Shown here one piece after another: positions 47,626 to 57,838 of a DNA stretch of 64,000 bases; the stretch's first letter is position 1, and every line of letters begins with the position of its first letter. This DNA comes from Nitrososphaerota archaeon (lineage in GTDB: Archaea; Thermoproteota; Nitrososphaeria; Nitrososphaerales; Gagatemarchaeaceae): contig JAFLYY010000001.1 in the NCBI GenBank assembly GCA_029785825.1, forward strand, positions 649,374-713,373. Reading direction: 5' to 3'. Position numbers and translations under genes: made by a program. Under the pieces are notes generated by a model. That model was not told the DNA's origin, ran no database searches, and worked only from the letters and a program-made list of their open reading frames with translations.

Positions 47626-48396
47626 TTACGACTTCGTCGTCCTGCCGAACGTCAGGTACGCCGTGTGCCCCACCATGATGTTGGAGGGGCGCGTCATCCC
47701 CACCCTCGCCTCCAGGTGCCGGAGGAGGATCTCGACGGTCTCGATGGCCACGAACCCCTCTTCCTTCATCTTCGCCACCAGCCTCTCGGCCTGGTTGGTG
47801 GTCGGGGTCACCGCGGCCATGGGAGCCGACGGCTTCAGCCCCGCCTTCATGCTGGGGATGACATCCCAGGGGTCCCCTACGTCCAGGATCCCGGCGTCGA
47901 ACCCGCTCTCGTCGAACCCGAGGCGCGAGTCGGCGGACCTGAAGGCGACGCTGTCAGAGAGGCCGAGCCTCTCTATGTTCTTCTTCGCGACGGCCTGGAA
48001 CTCGGGGTTGATGTCGTAGGTCCAGACCATCCCCCCCGGGCGGACGAGGTAGGCCATCAGGGCGGTCGTCGCCCCGCTCCCCGTCCCGGTCTCGACCACC
48101 TTCGACCCTGCGTGGACCCCGAGCTTCACGGCCATCAGCCCGAGGTCTTTCGGATAGATCACCTGCGTCTTCCTGGCGAACTTCATCGTCATGTCCTCTA
48201 TGGTCGGCCGAAGTATGCAGAGCTCGTCCCCCATGGTGGTGGAAGCGACGACGCCGAACTCCTTCCCGACCAGGGCGGAGACGTCCAGGATCCCCAGGTG
48301 GGTGTGCAGCTTCGGGGTGTCCTTCGGCCTTACCAGCCACCTCCGCCTCCTGTCCCTGTAGACGAGGACGTAGGAGTCTTCCTGGATGACGCTCAC
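47626..48396 (-). CDS. trmI: tRNA m1A57/58 methyltransferase
   Basis: HTHLG, TQVIYPKD, ETGTGSG, LDVGDPW, MVGHTAY. Confidence 0.95.
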   Translation of the reverse strand: MSVIQEDSYVLVYRDRRRRWLVRPKDTPKLHTHLGILDVSALVGKEFGVVASTTMGDELCILRPTIEDMTMKFARKTQVIYPKDLGLMAVKLGVHAGSKVVETGTGSGATTALMAYLVRPGGMVWTYDINPEFQAVAKKNIERLGLSDSVAFRSADSRLGFDESGFDAGILDVGDPWDVIPSMKAGLKPSAPMAAVTPTTNQAERLVAKMKEEGFVAIETVEILLRHLEARVGMTRPSNIMVGHTAYLTFGRTTKS

Positions 48397-48418
48397 AGGC
48401 CGGCCCCGGAGGAGAGTT

Positions 48419-49294
48419 CTATATCCTTGCGGTCGTGCCGTCGAGGGTTCTCCAGGACGCGCGGCCCCCCTTGACGGAGACCTTCCCCGGGCGCATGTGC
48501 CCTGGCATCACGACGGCGTCCTCGGCGGAGGCCAGCCTGTAGAAGCGCGCCCTGCTCGACTCCATCTCCCTCGGCTCGTTCCAGGAGGCGACCAGCTCGG
48601 GATGCTCAACCTCCTCCTCTAGATGGATGAGGTCTCCGACGCAGTAGCAGCTCATCCCCTTCGACTTCACCGCGACCACCTGGTGCCCCGGGCTCTCCCC
48701 CGGGAACGGCTCGACGCTCACCCCCCCGCCGAGGTCTTTGGCGCCGTCGAGGAGCGAGAGCCTCCCCGCTTGCTGGACCGCCACGAGGGTGTCGACGACG
48801 TCAGGGTCCCGGACCTCTCTGGCTTCGGCGATGGAGCTCATCCGCCAGTCCTTCTCCGGGATTATGCAGTCAGCCTTCGGGAAGGTAGGAACGGCGTTCC
48901 CCCCCGCGCCCCGGGTCGCTCCAGCGAAGTGGTCGAAGTGGAGGTGGGTGACTACGACGTGGGTGACTTCCGTCGGGGCGACCCCGACCGACTCCATCTG
49001 GGCGGTCAGCGCGGGCGGGGGCGCGTACCCCGCCGGAGGCGTGAAGTGCCCAGGGGCAACGAGCCGGGAGTAGTCGCTGGGGTCCACCACGACCTTGACC
49101 CCTCCTGATTCTATCAAGAACGACTGGGCGGGGAACCCCGCCTTCTTCCCTATCTTCTCTTCCGGGAAGTAGCGCGAGAGGTCCACGCTTTTGTCGTAGA
49201 CTTCGTCCAGCCCGAGCAGTATGTCTCCCACGTTGAAGACCGTGACCCTGGCCTCCCCCACCTTCAGCGCTAGAGGGCCCATCGACCTAGGCAC
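48419..49294 (-). CDS. MBL-fold metallo-hydrolase
   Basis: THLHFDH, PGESPGH, GDLIH, PGH. Confidence 0.88.
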   Translation of the reverse strand: MPRSMGPLALKVGEARVTVFNVGDILLGLDEVYDKSVDLSRYFPEEKIGKKAGFPAQSFLIESGGVKVVVDPSDYSRLVAPGHFTPPAGYAPPPALTAQMESVGVAPTEVTHVVVTHLHFDHFAGATRGAGGNAVPTFPKADCIIPEKDWRMSSIAEAREVRDPDVVDTLVAVQQAGRLSLLDGAKDLGGGVSVEPFPGESPGHQVVAVKSKGMSCYCVGDLIHLEEEVEHPELVASWNEPREMESSRARFYRLASAEDAVVMPGHMRPGKVSVKGGRASWRTLDGTTARI

Positions 49295-49844
49295 GCCACC
49301 AGTCGTACCTCAGGAAGTCGATCGTCTTCCTGTCCTTGTCTGAGATGGCGATGATGAACTGCTTCCTCACCGTGGTGGCCAGCCTCCCCGACCTCACCAT
49401 CGAGGTCGCAGTCATCTTCGAGTCGGGGGAGACCACCTGGACGATGTAAGGGGCGTGGTCTATCCCCGGCCCGTGTTCGTAGACCGCGAAGTCCGACCCG
49501 AACTTTATCCCCGGGGTCACCACGAAACCGGCTTCCCTGAGCTTCCTGTAGACCTGGAACTTCTCGGCGAAGTCGTTGTAGGATGCCTCGCACAGCTGGT
49601 GGAGCTTCTTGGGGGCGATCTCCTTCCCCGAGGCGTCTTCCACCCCTATCACCTTCTTGGTGGTCAGGTAGTACCCTTCCATCAGGTCTAGGATGAGGGG
49701 GGCGTCGAACAGGAAGTCCTTCGGCTTCGGGATGCCAAGGGGCTTGCCGTAGTACCCTTCTTTGAACAGCCTGCGGGACTCCTCGATGTCCCAGACCACT
49801 ATCCTGTTCTCGAAGAGCCTGCCCCTGGCCCGCGCCCCGGGCAC
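49287..49844 (-). CDS. endA: tRNA-splicing endonuclease, catalytic subunit
   Basis: GIKFGSDFAVY, GPGIDHAPY, GRLATTVRK (Tyr-His-Lys triad); 185-aa single unit. Confidence 0.95.
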   Translation of the reverse strand: MPGARARGRLFENRIVVWDIEESRRLFKEGYYGKPLGIPKPKDFLFDAPLILDLMEGYYLTTKKVIGVEDASGKEIAPKKLHQLCEASYNDFAEKFQVYRKLREAGFVVTPGIKFGSDFAVYEHGPGIDHAPYIVQVVSPDSKMTATSMVRSGRLATTVRKQFIIAISDKDRKTIDFLRYDWWRA

Positions 49845-49847
49845 CGG

Positions 49848-50501
49848 CTACATCCCCATCGCGAGTATGGTGCTGGCGTTGGCCGCGACCAGCATCACGT
49901 CAGCGCAGTTCTCTATGGACTCGAGGACGTCCTTGACCGTTATCAGCTCCTTGACGTTGGTGGCGGTCCGCATCACCATGGCGACCGCTTCACGATAGTC
50001 GGTGTCCATCGAGCTTTCTATCTGCTGGACCTGGGCCGCCATCTGTATCGCCTGGTCCGGGTTGATCGACAGCGCCCGGATGCCGTCGTTCAGCTTCGAT
50101 ATGCCGTCGATGAGGAGCCCGAGGAGCTGGAGCACCGAGTCCCTGTACTTCTTGTTCTTGGCCGACCCCTTCTGCAGCTGCGACATCTTGAAGGCGACGC
50201 CGTTTATGTGCCCGAAGATGTCCTCCACTGCGAAAGCCCCCCTCATGATGTCCTCGCGGTTGACCAGGAGGGTCCCGACCTGGGAGAGCTCCCGGATCAG
50301 CGCCGTCCTGAGGGTCATGACGTCCTCCTCGGCCCTCTTGACCTTCTCCAGGGCCGCAGACACCTCGTTCTTCTCCCCCTTCGCCAGGCCGTTGAACTCT
50401 TCGAGGAGGACTCGTGTAGCGTCCAAGACCCGCCTCATCTCATCCTGGAGGACTACGACGACGCGCCTCCTTGCCTGGATCTCCCCTTCTTGTCCTGACA
50501 C
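49848..50501 (-). CDS. DUF47/PhoU-like phosphate transport regulator
   Basis: All-helical repeat, REDI, ESSMD, ESIENCAD. Confidence 0.8.
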   Translation of the reverse strand: MSGQEGEIQARRRVVVVLQDEMRRVLDATRVLLEEFNGLAKGEKNEVSAALEKVKRAEEDVMTLRTALIRELSQVGTLLVNREDIMRGAFAVEDIFGHINGVAFKMSQLQKGSAKNKKYRDSVLQLLGLLIDGISKLNDGIRALSINPDQAIQMAAQVQQIESSMDTDYREAVAMVMRTATNVKELITVKDVLESIENCADVMLVAANASTILAMGM

Positions 50502-50666
50502 TTGATGCGCTCGCTCCGACCCTCCAAGAGCATTGAATTTAAGACTGAAGCGCCGCCGTCGGCGGGCTCGCCTGGCAGGGTGCCGGTGGGCCCTGGCGCC
50601 GACCGCTCTCCTTGCCTGACACTGGCGGACCTGTGGAAGCCGCCTTGCCCGGCAGGCGTGCGGTCC

Positions 50667-51575
50667 TTACTTCTTGTCGCTTTCCTTGGCGTAGTCCCTC
50701 AGCGGGGCAATCAGGTTGGTGAACTCCATGGGGAAGATGTACTTCGTCGACGGCGAGGCGCCGAGGGCCTTCAGCGTGTCGAGGTACTGGAGGACCATGG
50801 TCTTGGAGTCTATCCCCTTCGCCGCCCCGAAGATCTGGTTCAAAGCGCCTGCGTACCCCTCCGCCCTCAGTACCTGGGCCTGCTTGTCCCCTTCCGCCCT
50901 GAGGATGTTAGACTTCTTGTCCCCTTCGGCCACAAGGATGGACGCCTCCCTCTTCCCGTCCGCCTCGGTGACGGTCGCCCGCCTGGTCCTTTCAGCGGAC
51001 ATCTGGCGGACCATCGCCTGCTGCACGTCGGCCGGGGGTGTGATCTCCCTGATCTCGACGTTGGTCACCTTGATCCCCCACCTCTCCGTGACCTCGTCCA
51101 GCTTGGTCCTGAGGATCTGGTTGATCTCTTCCCTCTTCGCGAGCAGCTCGTCCAGCGGTATGTCCCCCACCACAGCCCTCAGCGTGGTGGTGGCTATCCC
51201 TATCGAGGCGCCCTCGAAGTTCTGCACCTGGACAATGCTCTGGGTGGCTTCGGTCACCTTGTTGTAGATCAGGAAGTCGATGTCTACCGGCGCGTTGTCC
51301 TTCGTGATGCACGTCTGGTGCGGGACCTCCAGGAACCTCTCCCTGAGGTCCACCCTGCTGGTCCTGTTGATGAACGGAAGGACGAAGACGACCCCGGGGC
51401 CCCTGGCCCCGACGAGCCTCCCCAGTCTGAACACCACAAGCCGCTCGTACTCCCGCAGTATCTTGATCGTGGACGCGATGATGGCGATGGCGGCTATGAC
51501 CACGACCAAGTAAACGACGTAGTCGATGATGTCAGCGGTCGCGATGGCGAGAGGGACGGCCCCTGTTAGAATCAA
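50667..51575 (-). CDS. SPFH/stomatin-like protein
   Basis: EYERLVVFRLGR, ITKDN, TTLRAVVG, WGIKVTNVEI. Confidence 0.94.
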   Translation of the reverse strand: MILTGAVPLAIATADIIDYVVYLVVVIAAIAIIASTIKILREYERLVVFRLGRLVGARGPGVVFVLPFINRTSRVDLRERFLEVPHQTCITKDNAPVDIDFLIYNKVTEATQSIVQVQNFEGASIGIATTTLRAVVGDIPLDELLAKREEINQILRTKLDEVTERWGIKVTNVEIREITPPADVQQAMVRQMSAERTRRATVTEADGKREASILVAEGDKKSNILRAEGDKQAQVLRAEGYAGALNQIFGAAKGIDSKTMVLQYLDTLKALGASPSTKYIFPMEFTNLIAPLRDYAKESDKK

Positions 51576-52939
51576 GTTGACAACTTCTCTACGGTCAACG
51601 TGTTCCCGCTGACCCCTTTAACCGTTACCAGGTCCCCCTTCTTGAGCTCCTGGGAGGAGGTGACGCTCCACTCCTCGGACGCGACGGAGGCGACCCCTCT
51701 CCCGCCTCCCCTGAGGTCCGACTCCATGGTCCCCTGGCGCCCCACCAGGGCGGAGGGGTCGTTCACCTTCGGCCTCCGGCGGAGGGCGTCCCTTATCGAC
51801 CTGAGGTAGAGGCCGGCGACCACGACGGCAGCGCTGAGGCCGACTATCAGCCCCCAGGCGATGTCGGGGATCCCCGAGAAGGTGGCGGCCGGAAGCGGCC
51901 CCGAGGCGGGGGAGCTGGCTGCGGCCGGGGGGAACTGGTAGATCAGGAAGAACCCGAGGATGAACACGACGACCCCGATCAGGGCGCTGATCCCGTGCTG
52001 GGTCTTGACCTCCAGGAAGATGAACGCGGACCCCACCACCATCAGGAGTATCGCCAGAGGGGACGCGCCGAAGACCCCCAGCCCGAAGAGGGCGAGCGCG
52101 ACCATCACGACCCCCACCGCGGAGAGTATGACGGTGGGGTGATAGATGTCGGCGAAGACCGCGAAGACCCCCAGCAGGAAGAGTAGGCTGGAGACGTTCG
52201 GGTTGCTGAGCACCGAGATGAGCGTGGACCTGATCCCCGGGGTGTTGACCGGGGTCGAAGCAGGGACCCCGAGGTAGGCGAGCGCGCCCTGGACCGTCGT
52301 CGAGTCTATCACTCCGTTGACGACGTGCTCCTTCAGCGCCAGCTGGTCAGGGTACGACACCCCCTTGGTCACCATCAGAGAGGTCGCCGTCTGGTTCCGC
52401 CCGTGGTCGGCGGTGAGGGTGGACATGTAGGAGGAGAAGGCATTGATGTCCTTGGTCATGGTGGAGTTCTCCTCCCCGGTCGGGATCCCCGAGACTATGG
52501 GGGTGGCCGAGCCTATCGTCGTCCCGGGCTCCATGAATATCTGGTTGGACGACTCGGCGATATAAGACCCCGCAGAGAAGGCGTAGGCCCCCTGCGGGGC
52601 GACCACCGTCGTGAAGTTCCCGCCCCACTGCTGGTACCCCTGGATGGCCGTGATCATCGTCTGCATGCTCGCCCCGTCCCCCCCGTCTGTGACGAGGACC
52701 AGGACGAAGTTGCAGGCGCCCACGGACTCCGCGTTGGATATGCTCGAGGTGAGGAAGTCGGCGGCGCCCGGGTCGATCCCGGCGTTGAGGGACGCCACGT
52801 AGTAGGTCCCCGCCTGGCACGTCCCAGTGGGGGCCTGGCCGTGGGCCGGGACCGCCTGCAGCGCGAGCGCCAAGACCAGGGCCGCGGCCAGCGCGAACGT
52901 CAGAAGCCTCAAAGCGCCCCCGCGGCCCTCTCCTCTCAC
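51572..52939 (-). CDS. nfeD: NfeD-family membrane protease
   Basis: Signal peptide, AFSAG serine motif, TIGSATPI, TM bundle, C-terminal OB fold; upstream of stomatin. Confidence 0.9.
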   Translation of the reverse strand: MRGEGRGGALRLLTFALAAALVLALALQAVPAHGQAPTGTCQAGTYYVASLNAGIDPGAADFLTSSISNAESVGACNFVLVLVTDGGDGASMQTMITAIQGYQQWGGNFTTVVAPQGAYAFSAGSYIAESSNQIFMEPGTTIGSATPIVSGIPTGEENSTMTKDINAFSSYMSTLTADHGRNQTATSLMVTKGVSYPDQLALKEHVVNGVIDSTTVQGALAYLGVPASTPVNTPGIRSTLISVLSNPNVSSLLFLLGVFAVFADIYHPTVILSAVGVVMVALALFGLGVFGASPLAILLMVVGSAFIFLEVKTQHGISALIGVVVFILGFFLIYQFPPAAASSPASGPLPAATFSGIPDIAWGLIVGLSAAVVVAGLYLRSIRDALRRRPKVNDPSALVGRQGTMESDLRGGGRGVASVASEEWSVTSSQELKKGDLVTVKGVSGNTLTVEKLST

Positions 52940-53048
52940 ATAAACGTAGTCCGTCGCGGCTCCGGCGTGGCGGACCGCAACAGTGGCCCCCTGGGACGGG
53001 GGCCGGGAGGATTATCGGATAATAAGCCGCGCTGGAGAGCCCACGTCC

Positions 53049-53705
53049 GTGGGTGCGACTCGGGCGCGAAGGGTCACAGTCGTGGACCACCCGATGATCA
53101 AGGAGCAGGTCACGCTCGCGAGAGACAGGCGCACCAGCCAGGTCGCATTCAGGAAGGCGATCTACCGGCTCGGGCGTCTGATGGCTTACGAGTTCCTCAG
53201 GACGATGGAGACCCAGGACGAAGAGGTCGAGACCCCCCTCGGCGTGTCGAGGGGAGGGAGGGTCAAGGGGAACGACAAGATAGTCATCATACTTGTGCTG
53301 AGGGCGGCGATCCCTTTCGTAGAAGGGATGTACAAGAACTTCCCCATGGCCAGGACCGGGGTGATAAGCGCCTGGAGGGGGGACCCGCCTGACTTCCCCA
53401 TCGAAGTGAGCTACGCCAAGATACCCCAGATCAGGAAGGACGACGTGGTGGTGATCGCGGACCCGATGCTCGCGACCGGACATACGCTCCTCGAAGTGGC
53501 GAGGAGGGTGGCGAAGCAGGGGAGCCCGAGGAGGCTGGCGTTCTTCTCTATCATCTCCACCATGCAGGGGATCCGCTATGTCGCCAAGGGGTTCCCCCGG
53601 GCCGAGTTCTACACCTGTGCCATAGATCCGGGGCTGGACGAGCGCGGGTACATCGTCCCGGGGCTGGGGGACGCCGGGGACAGGGCGTTCGGTCCCCCCC
53701 GCTGA
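53049..53705 (+). CDS. upp: Uracil phosphoribosyltransferase
   Basis: VETPLG, VLRAA, DPMLATG, GYIVPGLGDAGDRAFG. Confidence 0.95.
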   Translation: MGATRARRVTVVDHPMIKEQVTLARDRRTSQVAFRKAIYRLGRLMAYEFLRTMETQDEEVETPLGVSRGGRVKGNDKIVIILVLRAAIPFVEGMYKNFPMARTGVISAWRGDPPDFPIEVSYAKIPQIRKDDVVVIADPMLATGHTLLEVARRVAKQGSPRRLAFFSIISTMQGIRYVAKGFPRAEFYTCAIDPGLDERGYIVPGLGDAGDRAFGPPR

Positions 53706-53706
53706 G

Positions 53707-54057
53707 ATGACCCCCCTCGACGTCCTGAGGCTTGCGGACGTCCTGCTTCTGGCGCTCCCGATGGTCGCCGTCTCCGTCCTCCTCGTGCTGAAGACCCGCC
53801 AGATCAGGGAGCTGCAGAAGCGGTACAACATCCAGATGGCGATATTCAGGAACCTGATGGTGGTGGGATACCTGTTCCTTGCCGCCGGGTTCTTCTTCCT
53901 CGCGGAGGACGCGGCGGAGTGGTTGGGGCTGGACTACTACCAAGGGGTGGCCAGGATGGGGTTCCACGCGCTCTCCCTGGTCATAGTCGTCGCGGTGACC
54001 TTGAGCCTCTACCAGTACCACAGGCTCATGGCGGCGCCCCCTACCCCTGGCAGCTAA
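53707..54057 (+). CDS. Hypothetical membrane protein
   Basis: 3 TM segments, directly after upp. Confidence 0.7.
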   Translation: MTPLDVLRLADVLLLALPMVAVSVLLVLKTRQIRELQKRYNIQMAIFRNLMVVGYLFLAAGFFFLAEDAAEWLGLDYYQGVARMGFHALSLVIVVAVTLSLYQYHRLMAAPPTPGS

Positions 54058-54635
54058 GGAAGCTGCTTCCTCCGGAAGTACCCGACCCCCCGGAACAGGG
54101 TGGTCGGCCTCCCGATCTTCCCTCGCAGCTGCTCGGTGTCGACCATCCCTCCGGCCTTCAAGACGGTCAGGTGGTGCCTTACCGTGATGGGCTTCATCCC
54201 GATCTCCTTGGCTATCTGGTCGACGCTCATCGACTTCGTAGAGACAAGCTCTGCTATCCTGACCCTGGCGATGGCGGAGAGGGCCTTGTGGGCGTCGACG
54301 TTCCCCCAGGAGGAGGACATCAGGTCGAAGAGCTCGTCCAACTCGACCGTCCCCACTATGTTTCTGCCGTCGCTGACGTAGACCGTCCTGACCTTGGAAG
54401 TCCGGGCCACGTCTGCGACCTCCTTGAGTGATGCGCCCTCCATGACGACCGGGGCAGGACTGGACATCACTTCCGAGATCTTGGCGACGCCTGGCTGCTT
54501 TCCGGCCGCCAGGGCTCTCGCGAGGTCTATCATCCGCACCACCCCTATCGGACTCCCTCTGTCCCACACGAGGGCGTCAGTCCCATGCTCGGCTATCACA
54601 CGGACCGCGGCCTCCATCGGCTCGTCAGGGGCCAC
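54054..54635 (-). CDS. CBS-pair plus ArsR-type wHTH regulator
   Basis: CBS motifs (SEVMSSP, IVGTV) then ARVRIAEL..MSVDQIAKEIGMKPITVRHHLTVLKAGGMV..GRP. Confidence 0.82.
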   Translation of the reverse strand: MAPDEPMEAAVRVIAEHGTDALVWDRGSPIGVVRMIDLARALAAGKQPGVAKISEVMSSPAPVVMEGASLKEVADVARTSKVRTVYVSDGRNIVGTVELDELFDLMSSSWGNVDAHKALSAIARVRIAELVSTKSMSVDQIAKEIGMKPITVRHHLTVLKAGGMVDTEQLRGKIGRPTTLFRGVGYFRRKQLP

Positions 54636-54773
54636 TGTCTCGACGCTTGGGAGCGTTGCTGCTCAGCCCGGGGCTGCCAGATGCGCCGATGATATAAGCC
54701 AGACCGCCCCCCGTGGGGCTGGGCTGAGGCGACCAAGCGAGAGTCGCGGCCGTCTCGGCGGAGGGGCCGGCGG

Positions 54774-56531
54774 TCACCCGCTGACCCGCTTGACCTGCCC
54801 CTGATACATCTCCACTATCTCTTCTACGGTGGTCGCGTCCTCGGGGGCCTTGTCGTCCCTGTTCTTCCCTGTGTACTTGGGGAACCTGAGCGAGATCCCG
54901 GCCCCCTGCCTGACCCTTCCCATGGCCGCGGTGTGGACTGGAGAGAGCGTGAGCTCCGCCGCGATCACTTCGATCACAAGGTGGGGCCTGAACCAGACGT
55001 CCGGGACCATGTTCGACTCCACCCCGGGGGGCTTGACGCGGCTTTCGTAAGGTTCCAGGAGCCGAGGGAGCTTCTCCAGGTCCTGGTCGGAGAACCCGGT
55101 CCCCACCTTGGCGACGCTCGTGAAGACCCCCCGCTTCGAGTCGTAGGCGCCGAGCAGATACGTGCCGAAGGTCCCGGCCCTCCTCCCCCTCCCGTGGAAC
55201 CCGCCTATCACCACCAGGTCTATGGTGTCAGTGAGCTCGCTCCTGTATTCGCGCTTGAGCTTGATCCAGGCGAACTCCCTGGCGCCGGCCCTATAGGGGG
55301 AGTCCGGGTCCTTCACCACCAGGCCTTCGCACCCGTCAGTTATCGCGTCCTCCATGAACTTCTCCATCTCCCTTGGGCTGGAGGTGGATATCCGCGGGAC
55401 GGGCCGGGTCCGCGCGGTCTGCTCCACCACCTGCTCGAGCTTCTTCCTCCTGGCTGCGTAGGGCTTCCCTGTCAGGTCTGACGCCCCGGCCAGGAGGATG
55501 TCGAAGAAGTTCAGCGCCACAGGGTAGTCGGAAATCGCCTGCTCTACGCCGTACTTCCTCCTCCTGTGCATCAGCTCCTGGAAGGGGAGGTACTCGCCGG
55601 TGTCCTGGTTTATGGCGACCACCTCGGCTTCGAGGATGGCCCTCCGTGCTTTCACGTGCTCCCTGACGAGGTCGGCCGCGTCAGGATAGTGGGATGTGAC
55701 GACCTCGAGCCGCCTGGAAAAGAGCGCGACCTTGTTCCCATCCCGGTGGATCTGGAGCCGCTCCCCGTCGAGCTTGTACTCCGCTGCCACGGTCTTCCCC
55801 CCCATCTTCTCGACTATGGCCTCGGCTGACGAGAGCCTCTCGGCCAGCATCGGCCTTATGGGGACGCCGACCTCCGCTGACACCCCCTCGAGCCCCTTGA
55901 GCCCCTTCGCTGCGGCGCTGGCCACGATGAAACCCAGGTCAGGGTGGACGTTGTACGCGTGCTCGATGGGGCCCCGTGCCTCCTTCCCTCCCAGGAACGC
56001 CAGTGCGGACGCGTCGAGGACCGTGTAGTCGGCGACGCCGAGCCTGAGCTCCCCCGTGACCGTCCGCATGATGAACTTCGCCTCGAGGGGCGAAGCGTCG
56101 TTGAGCAGGGAGGCCAGCTCCCTCAGCTTCGCGTCCATAGACCCGGAGCCGCTCTGGCGGGCTATCCGCAGGAGCGTGTCGTAGACCCTCCGCAGGGTCA
56201 GCCCCTCGCTGAACAGCGTCCCCTGGTTCTTGCTCGTCAGGAGCTCCTCGGCCGCGGTCCCGATGTCGCCGTGCTTGACGTAGACGGCATAGACCCTGTC
56301 CTGGGAGAGGCCGGCGGCGTTGGCGAGCGCCCGGAGAGCGAGCTTCTCGGCCACCCCTAGCTCGACCCCCTCGTAGTCAGGGCGGAGCTTCCCTTGTGTC
56401 ATGTAAGCCAGGGAGGCGAGCTCGTCTTTCGGTGTAGACTTCAGCAGGTCGGCGAGGACCCTCGTGATCTCGTTCCTCCCGGATATGGCCTCCAGCTCGT
56501 CGTACTTCGAGGCGACCTCGGAGTAGTCCAA
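54774..56531 (-). CDS. lig: ATP-dependent DNA ligase
   Basis: PMLAERL, EYKLDGER, EGLVVK, WIKLK, SLRFP. Confidence 0.97.
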   Translation of the reverse strand: MDYSEVASKYDELEAISGRNEITRVLADLLKSTPKDELASLAYMTQGKLRPDYEGVELGVAEKLALRALANAAGLSQDRVYAVYVKHGDIGTAAEELLTSKNQGTLFSEGLTLRRVYDTLLRIARQSGSGSMDAKLRELASLLNDASPLEAKFIMRTVTGELRLGVADYTVLDASALAFLGGKEARGPIEHAYNVHPDLGFIVASAAAKGLKGLEGVSAEVGVPIRPMLAERLSSAEAIVEKMGGKTVAAEYKLDGERLQIHRDGNKVALFSRRLEVVTSHYPDAADLVREHVKARRAILEAEVVAINQDTGEYLPFQELMHRRRKYGVEQAISDYPVALNFFDILLAGASDLTGKPYAARRKKLEQVVEQTARTRPVPRISTSSPREMEKFMEDAITDGCEGLVVKDPDSPYRAGAREFAWIKLKREYRSELTDTIDLVVIGGFHGRGRRAGTFGTYLLGAYDSKRGVFTSVAKVGTGFSDQDLEKLPRLLEPYESRVKPPGVESNMVPDVWFRPHLVIEVIAAELTLSPVHTAAMGRVRQGAGISLRFPKYTGKNRDDKAPEDATTVEEIVEMYQGQVKRVSG

Positions 56532-56661
56532 TCGCGCTGGATGCGCCCCCCGTGCCTATCTCCCTATCGGTGCGGCCCCGGCGGACGCACGGAGGGTCCT
56601 GCATTTCCCCGCCGCCCGGAAAGCCTTAATTGCGATTGAAAGGGGTCTTCCTCAGATAAAC

Positions 56662-57000
56662 ATGGGCGGAGTGAAGAATAAGTCCCTGGCATCGATGGAG
56701 AAGTCGCAGGACTCCAGCGAGACGGCGCAGGGAGACGCCACTCAGACGAAGGGGAAGAAGACGAAGGAGAAGTCGGGGCCCCAGCAGAGGAAGCAGCTTT
56801 CGTTCCTCCCCGCGAAGCTGAGCGACGCGGACCTCCTGAAGACGTTGACCCCTCTGAAAGCGATCACGATATACTCCGCGTCGAGGGCCCTGGGAGTGAA
56901 CGCCTCCGTGGCTTCCGGGGTGATAAAGGGGCTCGAGGCCAAGGGTTCCCTGAAGCGGAGAGGCGGTTTCAGCGGACACGGCGTCTGGTCTACGAAGTAG
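56662..57000 (+). CDS. rps25e: 30S ribosomal protein S25e
   Basis: MGGVK N-terminus, KAITIYSASRALGVNASVA wHTH. Confidence 0.85.
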   Translation: MGGVKNKSLASMEKSQDSSETAQGDATQTKGKKTKEKSGPQQRKQLSFLPAKLSDADLLKTLTPLKAITIYSASRALGVNASVASGVIKGLEAKGSLKRRGGFSGHGVWSTK

Positions 57001-57409
57001 TTTCTTCTTTATTTGCGGCGAGGGACACTTTCACCACGTCTCCCGACCTGACCGCGTCGAGCCTTTCCAGCCCTGATTCCATCTTCCCAAGCGGGTTCAG
57101 GGGCCGGTCGCTCCTGGCGTCCCCTAGGAAGACGCAGACGAGCCCTCCGGACGGGAGGAAGGCGACGTCCCCCCTGGTGAACTGGCTCCGGGGCTTTTCT
57201 ACCCCGACCTGGATCTGGGAAAACAGGCAGACCATCGGCGGCTGGACGGATGCCCTGCTAGCGAGAGGGAGGGTGCGGAGGAAGGCGTTCACGGTGAGAG
57301 GGGCGAGGTGGCGGTAGAGGGACATGGTCCCTTCGTCCTTCGCTCCGACGGAGACGATGCACTCGACCTTCGACACCGAGCCCGCGGCCGCGGGGGTTTC
57401 CGTAGTCAT
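56990..57409 (-). CDS. Cyclophilin-like (DUF369-type) protein
   Basis: RHLAPLTV, VGVEKPR..GDVAFLP, NPLGK. Confidence 0.75.
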   Translation of the reverse strand: MTTETPAAAGSVSKVECIVSVGAKDEGTMSLYRHLAPLTVNAFLRTLPLASRASVQPPMVCLFSQIQVGVEKPRSQFTRGDVAFLPSGGLVCVFLGDARSDRPLNPLGKMESGLERLDAVRSGDVVKVSLAANKEETTS

Positions 57410-57539
57410 CTGGGGAGCCCCGGCCGGCGGTCTTAATCTGCTTTGAGCTGGTGCGGAGGACCGACCGCAGACTACCCAGAACCGCCACAGGAAAGACTTA
57501 TGTTCCGACCCAGTCGGGCGAGACCAACTCCTGGTCCCC

Positions 57540-57827
57540 TTGTCCCCAACTAAGACCGTCAGGAAGTCGAGACAGCCGTCGCTTACAGGTTTTGAGGTCA
57601 AGATAGGCCCCCCGAAGCTCACCCGTTTCGAAAGGGCGCGGATAGTCGGCGCGAGGTCGCTTCAGCTCGCCATGGGCGCCCCGGCTTTCGTACCACTGGA
57701 AGGGGCGTACAAGGGGCCGATAGCGACCGCGATGCTCGAGCTGGAAGCTGACGCGCTCCCCATCTCCATCCGAAGGTCGCTCCCCAACGGCCTTACCCAG
57801 GACATCCCCATCAAGGCGCTCGCCTAG
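57540..57827 (+). CDS. rpo6: RNA polymerase subunit Rpo6 (K)
   Basis: LTRFERARIVGARSLQLAMGAP, PISIRR. Confidence 0.95.
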   Translation: MSPTKTVRKSRQPSLTGFEVKIGPPKLTRFERARIVGARSLQLAMGAPAFVPLEGAYKGPIATAMLELEADALPISIRRSLPNGLTQDIPIKALA

Positions 57828-57838
57828 CCGGGGACGAC

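Noticed and set aside
50560..50666. GC-rich intergenic pairing (CGCCTG/CAGGCG, GCAGGGTG/CGCCTTGC)
   Set aside because: Plausible by chance at this GC content; the nearby TATA is explained by the DUF47 gene.
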